Shown here: positions 24,891-35,095 of the stretch, piece after piece
Numbering within the stretch: position 1 is the first letter of the stretch
Layout: the number at the start of each line of letters is the position of its first letter
Assembly (NCBI GenBank): GCA_023229365.1
Contig: JALNZK010000002.1
Coordinates: 62,343-126,342, forward strand
DNA from: Pseudomonadota bacterium
GTDB lineage: Bacteria; Myxococcota_A; Polyangia; JAAYKL01
DNA: 64,000 bases
Direction: 5' to 3'
Program-made: the position numbers and the translations under genes
The notes under the pieces: generated by a model
The model's database searches: none
Seen by the model: only the letters and a program-made list of their open reading frames with translations
Told to the model about the DNA's origin: nothing

Positions 24891-25478
24891 TTATCTCCAA
24901 AGGCTGCCTTGGCCTACTACAGAAGGTTCGCTGACCTTCTTTGAAACCAACGCCCTTCTGACTTCTTCTGTTGATTTATTCACAAAAGTAGCCCACCATC
25001 CTGTGCTCCAATCGGGGCCAGCACTTGGAAATTCTGTAAAACCGAAAAGAAACCGCATAACAGCCGGTTTGCTGTCTTTAAGGTATTTGTTGGAATACAA
25101 GGCTTCCTCATAATTATCAGTTTTTGGATCATAGGCAGTTCCAGCCCGCAGCAACAAAGTAAGCAAAGACCGTCGAATAAAATTATCTTTCCAGAATAAA
25201 GATGGAGCAATCCAAGTAATATAATCTCGATTAGTGGGGGCAAACTCAGAATATGAAACACCCAATATTACTTCCGTTTTATACATAAAAGCAGAAACTT
25301 TTACAGCATCGCCAGCCAAATGAGACACGTAAAAACCTTCTGTATCTTCTGTGAAATAACACGTATTAAAACGATCTCTGCATGCTATCCAAACCAATGC
25401 GTGGTTGGCTTGTGGTTCAATGGCAAATTGACCAGGATTTGGGCGTTTTAAAGATTCTTTAATTATACGAGTTAGCAT
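24891..25478 (-). CDS. hypothetical protein
   Basis: 195 aa ORF. Confidence 0.4.
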   Translation of the reverse strand: MLTRIIKESLKRPNPGQFAIEPQANHALVWIACRDRFNTCYFTEDTEGFYVSHLAGDAVKVSAFMYKTEVILGVSYSEFAPTNRDYITWIAPSLFWKDNFIRRSLLTLLLRAGTAYDPKTDNYEEALYSNKYLKDSKPAVMRFLFGFTEFPSAGPDWSTGWWATFVNKSTEEVRRALVSKKVSEPSVVGQGSLWR

Positions 25479-26439
25479 GGGCAGAGCAACGAGCGTTCCT
25501 TTCGTGTGAATTGCAAACTATTATTCGATTATCTACAGTTTTAATAATTTTGTTTTCGCCAACATATTCTACAGTTTCACAATCTTCAAATTCACCACCT
25601 ATTTCTTCTAGTATAACATTTTTACAATATGGAACAACTGTATTTTGAACAGATGGAATAGATAGTCCTTTGTTTTTTGTGTCTTTTCTTCGCAATTTGA
25701 GATTTAAATTAATTTGCCCTTCATTTTCTACTCCTTCGCAATAAATCCTTCCAGCATTATAGGCACCAGCGGGCCAATTAGCACCAGCAAGAAAATTTCT
25801 ATACCAAGAATGCATTGCACATCCTGTTACCTTAGGCATCACTCGCACCGGCTCTTGATCGCTGCCAATGTTGACCGTATAGATTCCCTCTGCCTCTTTA
25901 GTGCCATTGCATTTCATGCACTCTTCATTTATTTCCATTGAGGCACAAGCAACTTTATGATAAAAACACTGCGAGCTTGAGAGTCCAGTTGCACAATAAT
26001 GACAAGTTCCCTTATTGCCCGATAAAACTATTTCTAAAATTTGTTTTGGACGTAATGTGAGGGTGATATTGTCTGGGTCGATAATTGTAAGTATATCATT
26101 GACCTTGGGTGTAGATTGTTCTAAAACAACCACCATGTTAGATTGTCCGTGCTGTCGCACAACACATATTTCGCCCAACACGACCGAAGAATATTTCGCC
26201 CAATCATCCATGATATCTGGATATAATTGACGAAAACGCATATCAACTGGTCCATCGGGACGATCTTTGTTTAAATTTTCCTCACACTCCAAATATTCAC
26301 TATTCCAAGTAAAATCCAGAATCTGCTCTGCTGGATTATTGCCAAATATGGAGGAAAAATGGAGGAAAAATTCCTGATGCGGCTTTATTTTAATGTAGGA
26401 AAAGCTCGACTTAGGATTGCGAATTTTTAGTATTTCCAT
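25459..26439 (-). CDS. hypothetical Cys-rich protein
   Basis: 326 aa with several CxxC pairs. Confidence 0.4.
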   Translation of the reverse strand: MEILKIRNPKSSFSYIKIKPHQEFFLHFSSIFGNNPAEQILDFTWNSEYLECEENLNKDRPDGPVDMRFRQLYPDIMDDWAKYSSVVLGEICVVRQHGQSNMVVVLEQSTPKVNDILTIIDPDNITLTLRPKQILEIVLSGNKGTCHYCATGLSSSQCFYHKVACASMEINEECMKCNGTKEAEGIYTVNIGSDQEPVRVMPKVTGCAMHSWYRNFLAGANWPAGAYNAGRIYCEGVENEGQINLNLKLRRKDTKNKGLSIPSVQNTVVPYCKNVILEEIGGEFEDCETVEYVGENKIIKTVDNRIIVCNSHERNARCSAHANSYN

Positions 26440-26986
26440 GTACTAACTCCGCTAACCAATTGGCATATTCCTTTGAATATCTTCTCATATCCATGTTTAA
26501 CGCCTCTACAAACAACGGCAACTTATTTTGAAAATATATCAAAATTTTATCTAAAGATTCTAGTCGGGATTCAACAGACAAACTCGGGTCTATAGTGGAA
26601 AGAAAGTCCTGTTTTGACACATAACTTGCCAACAAACCATCATAACAATAGAGGCAAATTTCCCATGTAATTAATCGTAATTCTTTTTGCCAAGGCAGTC
26701 TTACAACATTTTTTCTCCATTCGAGAAAAAAATCTTCATATTCATCCAAAAACAATTTATTTTCAGTTAATTGTTCAAACAAAACACCATCTCTGTATCC
26801 GTTATGTATTGGCTCGTAAGTTTTTATATAATATACCCCCGGACGCCATGTTGGCTCTTGCCAATTAATGGTCAATAAATACCAATTGTTGTCGGCGGGC
26901 TTGAAAAAAGCACATCCTGATCGGATGTGTTTAACATAAGGTATATCGATACCGTGCCGTTTAAGATATTCTTCGCAGAGATACAT
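26411..26986 (-). CDS. hypothetical protein
   Basis: 191 aa ORF. Confidence 0.4.
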   Translation of the reverse strand: MYLCEEYLKRHGIDIPYVKHIRSGCAFFKPADNNWYLLTINWQEPTWRPGVYYIKTYEPIHNGYRDGVLFEQLTENKLFLDEYEDFFLEWRKNVVRLPWQKELRLITWEICLYCYDGLLASYVSKQDFLSTIDPSLSVESRLESLDKILIYFQNKLPLFVEALNMDMRRYSKEYANWLAELVHGNTKNSQS

Positions 26987-27219
26987 TACTTTTCTACAAT
27001 TTTTTTCAATTCATTTAATCGAATAGGATCAGCCACAGCCCAGCAACGAGTTTGTTCGTCCCAAGCCACAGGGTATTTTTTAGGAAAACTTTCTAAAATT
27101 TCAAAAAGCTCTCCTGTGTCTTTGGCATGCTCCACTGATCTCAAAAAAATCAAAGGATGCAAATCAACATATCTTTCTCTTAGCTTATCAATCACTTCCT
27201 GATTCATTTGCCATTCCAA
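26986..27219 (-). CDS. hypothetical protein
   Basis: 77 aa ORF. Confidence 0.3.
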   Translation of the reverse strand: MEWQMNQEVIDKLRERYVDLHPLIFLRSVEHAKDTGELFEILESFPKKYPVAWDEQTRCWAVADPIRLNELKKIVEK

Positions 27220-27482
27220 AAACTAACACCAGCTTGTTGCGTGTTCCACCATCGCCATATCCACAGGGCAACAATGCCGCCAACGATGCCAAGAATGATG
27301 CCAGAAGTTTGTCCAAATTCACCTCTACCAATCAGGAAATTAATAAGCCCTCCAACATAAGAGCCAACAACACCAACCACAATTGTTGATAATAGCCCTA
27401 CAGGGGCAGCCGCAGGCATGATAGCTTTCGCAATCAATCCCACAATTATAGCATAAAATAAAAATCCAATCAACCAAAGCAT
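27204..27482 (-). CDS. GlsB/YeaQ/YmgE family membrane protein (transglycosylase-associated)
   Basis: 92 aa with the characteristic Gly-rich double transmembrane segment (LIGFLFYAIIVGLIAKAIMP...VVGVVGSYVGGLINFLIG...ILGIVGGIVALWIWRWW). Confidence 0.6.
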   Translation of the reverse strand: MLWLIGFLFYAIIVGLIAKAIMPAAAPVGLLSTIVVGVVGSYVGGLINFLIGRGEFGQTSGIILGIVGGIVALWIWRWWNTQQAGVSFWNGK

Positions 27483-27536
27483 AACTCACCTCCCTTTTTA
27501 ATTATATATGATTCACAAGTGGCAAACCTCTTGTGT

Positions 27537-28583
27537 TCATAGCTCCATAAATTTCAACTTCTTTTGTGCTTCTTTTTTGTGCTTCAAATTACCCCATTGA
27601 ACCATACGATTCAATATCCACTTTTTTAATTCAAATAACTCATCCGACAATAAATAAACACCTTTATCTTTTTCTAGTCCCAAATACCTCAAAAATTCCT
27701 CCAAAGTAGGTACTTGGGAAAAATCAGTCGGCATAATTTTGTTTTTTGAAAAATCCACAAACCACAAATATAAATATGTCCAATTAATAATTTCCGAACT
27801 GGTTAATGTGCCCTCTGGCATCCGTAATTCTACTGTTTTACGACTCGTATCATATCCCCCATGCCCTGCTTCACCCCTTATGGCAGCCGCATAGTTCACC
27901 AAATTTATTGCCAATTTTTTTTGAGGATTCTCATGTACATTGAGATTTGAAGGCTTAATATAACGCCAATAATCTTCTGGAGTTTCAAATACTCCTTCAT
28001 ACTTAAAATGTTTTCCCAATAATTTGCAATATTTATTTGTGCGGCGATGTGGTGGAAGCATTTGGCATATCCACGGCTCTATTTTAATCCATCGAGCAAC
28101 AAGAACGGCAACTTGCTCTGGGGCAAAATCTTTAACTTCTGCGTGAATATGAAGCCCACAATTATTGTTGACTTCTACACCAGCTTTTCGCAAAGCATCT
28201 GCCACATTACCTATGTGCAAAAGATCACGCTGGCCCTGGGCGATAAACGAAGCAACTTCCCATCCACCATTGTCTTTTTTCTTGCCGAGCGGACCACAGG
28301 TGCTGTCATACTTGACATGCCAATAATCATTTTGGCTGGTTTGTGCCCATCCTGGGCAATCGTCACCAAAAATACCATCTGTTACCACAATGTGCCGAGA
28401 AGATTTTTTGGCAATAATATCTCTAATGTATTGTTTGCTAATACATGGATGACGATAGCCAAACTGATCGGTCCACACTGATTCTTTGGAAGAACCACGG
28501 ATAACTTGATTTTTTACGCTGCTGACTTCTAATTCAATACCAAAACGACGCTTGCTATTAAATTTTTTGTATTCTATGAGCAT
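27537..28583 (-). CDS. hypothetical protein, possible amidoligase-family enzyme
   Basis: The N-terminus RRFGIELEV resembles the G.E.E start of the putative amidoligase family. This is a weak call. Confidence 0.3.
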   Translation of the reverse strand: MLIEYKKFNSKRRFGIELEVSSVKNQVIRGSSKESVWTDQFGYRHPCISKQYIRDIIAKKSSRHIVVTDGIFGDDCPGWAQTSQNDYWHVKYDSTCGPLGKKKDNGGWEVASFIAQGQRDLLHIGNVADALRKAGVEVNNNCGLHIHAEVKDFAPEQVAVLVARWIKIEPWICQMLPPHRRTNKYCKLLGKHFKYEGVFETPEDYWRYIKPSNLNVHENPQKKLAINLVNYAAAIRGEAGHGGYDTSRKTVELRMPEGTLTSSEIINWTYLYLWFVDFSKNKIMPTDFSQVPTLEEFLRYLGLEKDKGVYLLSDELFELKKWILNRMVQWGNLKHKKEAQKKLKFMEL

Positions 28584-28615
28584 GATTATAGGATAGCATA
28601 AAACTCAGACAAAAG

Positions 28616-28831
28616 TCAAGATTGATCCCTGTTTTCATCGCCCACGCCACCAACCCAATTCATCAATCGACTAACGTTCGATCTTTGGGCTTGCACAACT
28701 TCCCACAATTCGCCCAATTCGTTAGAGAGCTTGACCAACAAAAAGCATGCCGCAACTAAAAGAGCCAATGTTATCAACACCAAAACAAGAATAACAACCA
28801 ATAAAATAACCATATGTGCCTCCGAATACAT
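28616..28831 (-). CDS. small membrane protein
   Basis: 71 aa with one long hydrophobic helix. Confidence 0.3.
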   Translation of the reverse strand: MYSEAHMVILLVVILVLVLITLALLVAACFLLVKLSNELGELWEVVQAQRSNVSRLMNWVGGVGDENRDQS

Positions 28832-28839
28832 TATAGCAT

Positions 28840-31800
28840 TTAAGCCGTAAAAATAGAAACTGGAATTGACGGAATCGATAGATTGACTATTTGGCTACCA
28901 ATATAAATCCTAAGGGCGGTATTACCCTCCCAAGCAGAAGCATCAAACAAGCCTATATTATCTACTAGTTGTGCGTCTACTGCTGCTTCTCCGGTAATAG
29001 GATTGATGGCTGTTCCACCACCATAATAGAAGAATTCAAACTTTATTCCAAATTGTAATGTTTTGTTGCAATACGGATTGATCGCAAAATTTACTCTCAA
29101 TTTCGCTGATGTGTTCTTGGTTGTACCAAGCAAATTCTGCAACCTGTGTGCTGTTAGCACATATTGCCAAGTCCAATCAGCTATGCTGACATCTCCTATG
29201 ACACTTGTGCAATTCCACTCATATTGCAATGTCCATTTTTCAGTGGTGTGTTCTTCCAATCCTACGCCAGCAAAATGACTTGTTCCCCGCCAATAGGGAT
29301 CAAAATTCCCACCATACAATAAATTGACAACATTAGGAAACACTAAATTATTTTTAAGCAAGAAAAACTTTAATTTAGACAATCTATTAAAATCGTGCTG
29401 CATATACAAAATCTGTGGAATTGGCTGGCACTCACAAGAAGTGGATACATTCTCTTGCGGCAACCAAATAATTGGCTGTGAATTGTACAAATCTGAATCA
29501 GGGTACTTTGGAGCTTCTACAATTGCAACGTCTGCACCGCCGAAAGTATCAAACTCACCCTTGTAGCTACAATCTGTTTCGGACAAACCTTCAACATCTA
29601 TCTCCCCCAAAGCATGCCATGTATATGCTGAACTTATCACAAGGGATGTTCCACCTATTGTTATGCCACCTTCTGCCCTAATATCCAATAATGAATTTCC
29701 GCCAATCACTAAACTTCCAGCAGACACATGAGTAAATGTACCAAAATATCCCCCCTCTAATGTTATTGTTCCACTTGCAGTAGCTGCCCAAGCAGAAGAA
29801 ACTACTATAGCACTCCCGCCCAAGGAGAAAGGTGTTGGAACAACCACATACGGCACAGGATAAGCAAGAGAAGTGCCTTTTATTTCCAACTCGCCAGAAG
29901 ATGTGTATAAATAATCCATTGTGACAATGTTGGAATTTGCAGAGCCAATTAAAGCGACCACTCCTTCAGCAAGATGAATATATGTTGCTTTTTCAGAAGA
30001 TACGCCACTTAGCCCTAAACCACCTGAGGCTTCCCACTCCCACACGGGTGACACTACACTCGACATTCCTGTAATCAAAACCGTTCCATTGGCCACTGCT
30101 TCCCATGCACTACACGCCAACAGAGATAAGCCATCTATGCTTAAAGACCCAGAAGCCACACAATCATAGTGGCTGCTAATCACAGGTGAAGTCCCAGTAA
30201 TTAAAATACCACCAATTAGCTCACATACGCCACTGCTGTCAAATTCTAAACTGAATGCATTTGAAAAAGCCCCAGGAGGCAAACACCACTGTGCAGGTGA
30301 AGTGCCGCCTATTTCAATTTTGACAACACTCTCAACAATATCGACAGTTAAGAAAAATGTTTTTATACCACCGCTAACATTAGGAGCAACAGCTATTGAA
30401 GTAGTAGTAATTGATGCTGGGGGTATTGTGTAACCAACAGGTCGATGAAAAATAGGTGCAACAGCAGTATCGACACTTGTAGTGGTGGTTACTGTTCCTG
30501 CCCCTAATCCGGTAGAAAGTGTGAACTCTAAACATTCGGGCACTGTTTGCCATCCGACTTGATCTTCGCAAACTATCCAGGGTCCAGTTTGCCCCAATAT
30601 TACATCATTTTTTGAATCCAGCGGCTTTAAATATTTTTTAATAGATTTAACACGCCAATACAACAATGGACGATCTGCCTGTATTTTCTTTAATTTGGTG
30701 CATACATCCTGAATGTTTGCGGCGGTCAAATACCTAATATAATACATGCCACAAGTGCCAGTACAAACTGGTCCCCACACTGTCCCTGGAAAACCACCAC
30801 CACCACCACCACCTGAACTTGACGTTGAGCTACTTGAACTTGATTTTGAGCTACTTGAACTTGATTGTAAAAAGTTCAAGCTCAAGTAGTTCGAACTTGA
30901 ACTTGAATTTTTTGAACTTGAACTACTTGAACTGCTACTTGAACTTAACTTTGAACTACTTGAACTTGGAATTGGTGGATAATCCGCCACTATCGTAGGA
31001 AGTGGATTTCCTATAGTCCCTGGCATAGGGTCATAATAATTCCCAAAGGGTATCCACGGAAAATAGGGTGGTTGTGTGGAATCACAAATTCCAATGCCAT
31101 AACCTGGGTCACGCCACTCTGGATTTGCATGTATACCAACTTGTGTGCTAAGATTCCATTTACAAATTTCGGGATCATACCAAAATACAAACGCCCCATC
31201 ATCTCGTGTGTATGTCAGTCCCTTGCCATACTTACCAGAACAATAATAATCACCCATGCAATTTGGCTGAGGGCTTACATGTCCACTGGCTCCCAATACT
31301 CTAATATGCTCGTAAGGATTTAAACCACTACACTCTTGTCCATCTGGTCCGTAAAGGAATGATCTAAGAGCCTCTGGTGGTATCAATCCTAAATTCACAA
31401 CCTCACCATCAGTTGTTTCTTTAGAAATATTTGAATCTACGAAAGATACATCCACATCAAGAGGCAACTCTTCGGCAAATAATAAATGTGGGCTTTCTAC
31501 CCCTCCTAAAATAACAATAAAACCATTAAATCTATAGTCAGGAGGAGCAAGAGGAATCTTAATCCTTATGGTGTCAGAATCAATATGCTCAACACTTTGA
31601 ACATCCACTAATGTTGCTGGCGAAGTAGTTTCATCCCAAATCTCGACAACAACCCCATTAGAGTGAAGATTGTGAACAAATGTAATTTCATACATGCCCC
31701 CACTCGAAACCCAATCAGATATGGAAAATGCATGTCTATAATAATATAGATTTACATAAGACTGTGATGAACTTGAAGAGCTACTACTGCTACGGCTTGA

Positions 31801-32313
31801 AGAAGAGCCCGAAGTAGAGCTAGAATGTCCTCCAGAGCTTGTGGATGGCACTGTGCCGTCACAACATGTGACAGATGGGCCACAATTATCTATATAAACA
31901 GTTTCTAAATTCTCAACTACTTCGCTTTCTACTCGCCACCAAAAAAGCACTGGATCATTGTTGTGAACATTCTTTCCATAACCATCCCAATAAAAGTCTA
32001 TGGATCGAGATGCAATACCGGGCACATCCCAATAAACCTGCAAAGTTGGAAAATACACAGCCTCTAATCCTGTTGGATCAAAGGGGTTTGTTTTAATGTA
32101 TATTGCACCTGTTGCCACATAGGAATAATCTGATGTTTCGGAGCTTGAGCTTGAGCTTGAGCTTGAGCTTGAGCTTGAGCTTGAGCTTGAGCTTGAGCTT
32201 GTAAACATCATTTTGCTTAAAACTGAATCGAACATTAACTCTCCAATTTGGCCAACATCGCTGATACTAATGGATGCCTCACAATAGAGTCCTCTTTGAA
32301 TCGCACGACACAA
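28840..32313 (-). CDS. giant Ser/Gly-rich repeat protein, probable tail fibre/adhesin
   Basis: About 1130-1157 aa. The listed N-terminus overlaps phoH by 79 nt, so the true start is probably an internal Met near 32235. It has poly-Ser linkers and repeated I(G/T)GTS-x-VISS beta-strand motifs. Confidence 0.55.
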   Translation of the reverse strand: MCRAIQRGLYCEASISISDVGQIGELMFDSVLSKMMFTSSSSSSSSSSSSSSSSSSSSETSDYSYVATGAIYIKTNPFDPTGLEAVYFPTLQVYWDVPGIASRSIDFYWDGYGKNVHNNDPVLFWWRVESEVVENLETVYIDNCGPSVTCCDGTVPSTSSGGHSSSTSGSSSSRSSSSSSSSSQSYVNLYYYRHAFSISDWVSSGGMYEITFVHNLHSNGVVVEIWDETTSPATLVDVQSVEHIDSDTIRIKIPLAPPDYRFNGFIVILGGVESPHLLFAEELPLDVDVSFVDSNISKETTDGEVVNLGLIPPEALRSFLYGPDGQECSGLNPYEHIRVLGASGHVSPQPNCMGDYYCSGKYGKGLTYTRDDGAFVFWYDPEICKWNLSTQVGIHANPEWRDPGYGIGICDSTQPPYFPWIPFGNYYDPMPGTIGNPLPTIVADYPPIPSSSSSKLSSSSSSSSSSSKNSSSSSNYLSLNFLQSSSSSSKSSSSSSTSSSGGGGGGGFPGTVWGPVCTGTCGMYYIRYLTAANIQDVCTKLKKIQADRPLLYWRVKSIKKYLKPLDSKNDVILGQTGPWIVCEDQVGWQTVPECLEFTLSTGLGAGTVTTTTSVDTAVAPIFHRPVGYTIPPASITTTSIAVAPNVSGGIKTFFLTVDIVESVVKIEIGGTSPAQWCLPPGAFSNAFSLEFDSSGVCELIGGILITGTSPVISSHYDCVASGSLSIDGLSLLACSAWEAVANGTVLITGMSSVVSPVWEWEASGGLGLSGVSSEKATYIHLAEGVVALIGSANSNIVTMDYLYTSSGELEIKGTSLAYPVPYVVVPTPFSLGGSAIVVSSAWAATASGTITLEGGYFGTFTHVSAGSLVIGGNSLLDIRAEGGITIGGTSLVISSAYTWHALGEIDVEGLSETDCSYKGEFDTFGGADVAIVEAPKYPDSDLYNSQPIIWLPQENVSTSCECQPIPQILYMQHDFNRLSKLKFFLLKNNLVFPNVVNLLYGGNFDPYWRGTSHFAGVGLEEHTTEKWTLQYEWNCTSVIGDVSIADWTWQYVLTAHRLQNLLGTTKNTSAKLRVNFAINPYCNKTLQFGIKFEFFYYGGGTAINPITGEAAVDAQLVDNIGLFDASAWEGNTALRIYIGSQIVNLSIPSIPVSIFTA
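32141..32210. repeat. (GAGCTT)x11 perfect hexanucleotide tandem repeat
   Basis: It lies inside the giant gene and encodes a poly-Ser run. Confidence 0.8.
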
Positions 32314-32879
32314 ATACCAGGAACTACATCTAAACGACTTACAACATCCATCAATCCCGAGCTTTCTCCGATATCGCTTTGACTGGGGTCACCTGTAATG
32401 ATAATTTTGCTATTTTCTCCCAGACGAGTTAAAAACAATTTTAATTGCATACGACTGGCATTTTGGGCTTCATCAAAAATAGCAATAGCGTTATCAAATG
32501 TGCGACCTCTGAGATATGCTAGGGGAGCAACCTCAATAGCAGCAGCTACTGTATCGTGTTGGAGAGGATTTGGAGCAAGCTTCTTCATGGAGTCAACCAA
32601 AGGAAGCATATAAGGCCCAGTTTTTTCATGCAAATCTCCAGGCAAATAGCCCAAAGATTCACCAGCTTCTACAATAGGTCTGGTGAGAATTATTTTTTTA
32701 TGACTGCCTTGTAGCAGTTCATGAATGGCAAAAGCCATCGCAAGATATGTTTTGCCAGTACCTGCTGGACCTATCATAAACATTACATCATGTTGTTGAA
32801 ATCCAGCCCATGCCAGTTTTTGTGCGGCATTGAGAAATTCAATATGGAATTTCCCCACATTTTTCTTAATTTTACTCAT
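32235..32879 (-). CDS. phoH: PhoH-like ATPase
   Basis: Walker A motif MIGPAGTGKTYLAMAFAI, the FDEAQN motif and the IITGDPSQSD motif. Confidence 0.85.
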   Translation of the reverse strand: MSKIKKNVGKFHIEFLNAAQKLAWAGFQQHDVMFMIGPAGTGKTYLAMAFAIHELLQGSHKKIILTRPIVEAGESLGYLPGDLHEKTGPYMLPLVDSMKKLAPNPLQHDTVAAAIEVAPLAYLRGRTFDNAIAIFDEAQNASRMQLKLFLTRLGENSKIIITGDPSQSDIGESSGLMDVVSRLDVVPGICVVRFKEDSIVRHPLVSAMLAKLES

Positions 32880-33168
32880 AATGATATTTATACTCCGTCT
32901 GCAAATAAAGAAAGCCCTGTCAAAGAAGAAATCCTCAACAGGGCCAAAATGCAGGACACACTCTCGAAATTATGGCTTGTTTGCAGTTCGCTACCCCCAC
33001 GCATCGGGAAGAACTGGGAACCTATGCTTACACAAGTGATTTTTACCCCAGATAATTCCAAAGTTTAGTGTGAATTATGAACACAAGCTTGAATTTTAGC
33101 AAAAATATACAATTGTGAAACCAGTATTACACCATGCATGGATTTAGTGCCCACACCGGATAGGGAAC

Positions 33169-33690
33169 TTGTGCCACAGGTCTAGAATTGTAACATTTAC
33201 GCATATATTCAATGTCTTGCATACAAATATTATAGATAGAAAACATAGATATTACAACATGGAATTCAGGCAATTTGTAGAAAATTACGAAAAAGACATC
33301 AAAGAAACATTAGGCAAATTGCCTAAAAAATATCAAAAATTGATACATGGCTATAAATTCAAGTTCCAATCTGGAAATACTCTTAGCGGCGATAACGATC
33401 ACATCGGTGTTATGGATGAAAAGAAGAAAACAATTACTATAGCAGCACCCTGGAATTATGGAAGAGAATTCACTTTCCTGCATGAATTGGGGCATCGATT
33501 ATGGGAAACATTGCCTTCAGAGTTGAAAAACGAGTGGGCGAAAATGGTAAAACAAACCAAGATGACACACAAAGATCGTCAGAACCCCGAGGAATTATTT
33601 TGCCACGGATTTGCCAACCAATATGCTAAACACAAGCATGTAATGTTTACTCATCCCGAATGGGAAAAATTTATCAAGAAGCTTTCTTAG
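33169..33690 (+). CDS. hypothetical protein with HExxH zinc-metallopeptidase motif
   Basis: FLHELGHRLWE. The start may be the internal Met at about 33250 (MEFRQFVE...). Confidence 0.35.
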   Translation: MCHRSRIVTFTHIFNVLHTNIIDRKHRYYNMEFRQFVENYEKDIKETLGKLPKKYQKLIHGYKFKFQSGNTLSGDNDHIGVMDEKKKTITIAAPWNYGREFTFLHELGHRLWETLPSELKNEWAKMVKQTKMTHKDRQNPEELFCHGFANQYAKHKHVMFTHPEWEKFIKKLS

Positions 33691-34540
33691 CCAAATTCTC
33701 GTGAATCAATTCAACAAGGTTCAAAAACTCATTTTCAAACATATCTATTTTCATAAAATTCACTTGATTATATACCCATTGCAAATTGGAAACATCTTCA
33801 GAACCGCCCCGAGATTTTGGAACAATATGATCCAATGAAGCATCCACTCCTAATGTTAGTTTTTTGCCAGTATACGGACATATGCCATTTTGTTTCAAAA
33901 ACAGATTATACAAATCATTTGCTTTGCTGATGTTTTTAAAATGCGATTGAGATGTTATTTGTAAATAATGTTTTAAACAAGTTTGACCATTTATTCTTTT
34001 GTTTTCACAATAAGCACATCGCCCCTCCGACAGTCTTTTTTGTTTTTTTGCATTAACATTTACAAGATACGCCTGATGGCACTCGTCGCATTTTTGTGTT
34101 GTAGTTGCCTTGTTGCTTCCGCATGTCACACACAATCCTTGTTGTTTTCTTCTTGTATATGTGTCTTTTTTTTCTTGTTTGCATTTTTTGCAATATATTC
34201 CTTTTTCCTCCTGCATAGAGCCGAAACAAGTTTTGCACTTTCTCTCTTGCTTCATTTTTTTATATCGTTCATTCGATCTTTCCCTTGCCTTGGCTAAACA
34301 TTTCAAACAACTCTTATTGCCAAAAGCGGCACCATTAGAACATGTATTACACCTCATAAATTTTCTCCTTGAAGAACTATTTCTATTATTATATATAATA
34401 GTTCTTCCAAAAATAACAAAAAAAAATGGATACGCCCATTTTTGCTTAACAGGCGTATCCTTTACCCCATAGTTTACTAATACTGATTCGCACCAAAGGC
34501 TTATTTGATTTCCGCCAAGAAATACAACTTCACCCCTCAC
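33674..34540 (-). CDS. HNH endonuclease with N-terminal zinc ribbons
   Basis: C-terminal DHIVPKSRGGSEDVSNLQWVYNQVNFMK is the HNH motif. The N-terminus has multiple CxxC pairs. Confidence 0.7.
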   Translation of the reverse strand: MRGEVVFLGGNQISLWCESVLVNYGVKDTPVKQKWAYPFFFVIFGRTIIYNNRNSSSRRKFMRCNTCSNGAAFGNKSCLKCLAKARERSNERYKKMKQERKCKTCFGSMQEEKGIYCKKCKQEKKDTYTRRKQQGLCVTCGSNKATTTQKCDECHQAYLVNVNAKKQKRLSEGRCAYCENKRINGQTCLKHYLQITSQSHFKNISKANDLYNLFLKQNGICPYTGKKLTLGVDASLDHIVPKSRGGSEDVSNLQWVYNQVNFMKIDMFENEFLNLVELIHENLAKKAS

Positions 34541-34638
34541 GAACTCCTTTTTTCGCTATAAGGCTGATGTGTACACATCATCCCTTATATATCCAACCCG
34601 GAACTTGAAATGCTTTGTGGAAGTCAAAAAATAACCCA

Positions 34639-34830
34639 TCAATATCTTTTCCCGCTTAGAATATCATCAACTAAATCACGCAACTGAATCAACAAATCCT
34701 GAGAATCTGCAACTTCTTTTGGTTCTAAACCAGTCAATAAGTTATACATCTGGGCAATACTGGTGCGGGGATCACTCGGACCAACAAAAACAGACATATT
34801 TTCCCGCATGAAATCTTTAAATGTTCTCAT
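34639..34830 (-). CDS. hypothetical protein
   Basis: 63 aa ORF. Confidence 0.3.
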   Translation of the reverse strand: MRTFKDFMRENMSVFVGPSDPRTSIAQMYNLLTGLEPKEVADSQDLLIQLRDLVDDILSGKRY

Positions 34831-34849
34831 GCCTTATTTATACAAGACA

Positions 34850-35095
34850 TTAGTGATTTTTGGCACTACTTGAGCTATATTGTTTTTTGATAAAATTCTG
34901 ATGTTCTGCAATATCGACATGAGACATTCCACTACCACCAGAACCAATCGAGCCAGATGAGCCACCAACAACTGGGCATTCTGCGACTAAGCCGCAACGA
35001 TTGCAAAATATGCCATAGTGTCCATCGCTCCCATTCCAATTTACAGGAATCGGGTTGGAACACTGGCATTTTTCTAATGAACTAGAGCTTTTCAT
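34850..35095 (-). CDS. hypothetical Cys-rich small protein
   Basis: 81 aa ORF. Confidence 0.3.
   Translation of the reverse strand: MKSSSSLEKCQCSNPIPVNWNGSDGHYGIFCNRCGLVAECPVVGGSSGSIGSGGSGMSHVDIAEHQNFIKKQYSSSSAKNH

Noticed and set aside
32235-32313. 79-nt overlap between the giant gene's N-terminus and phoH.
   Set aside because: It is probably an ORF-caller artefact. An internal Met near 32235 is the likelier start.
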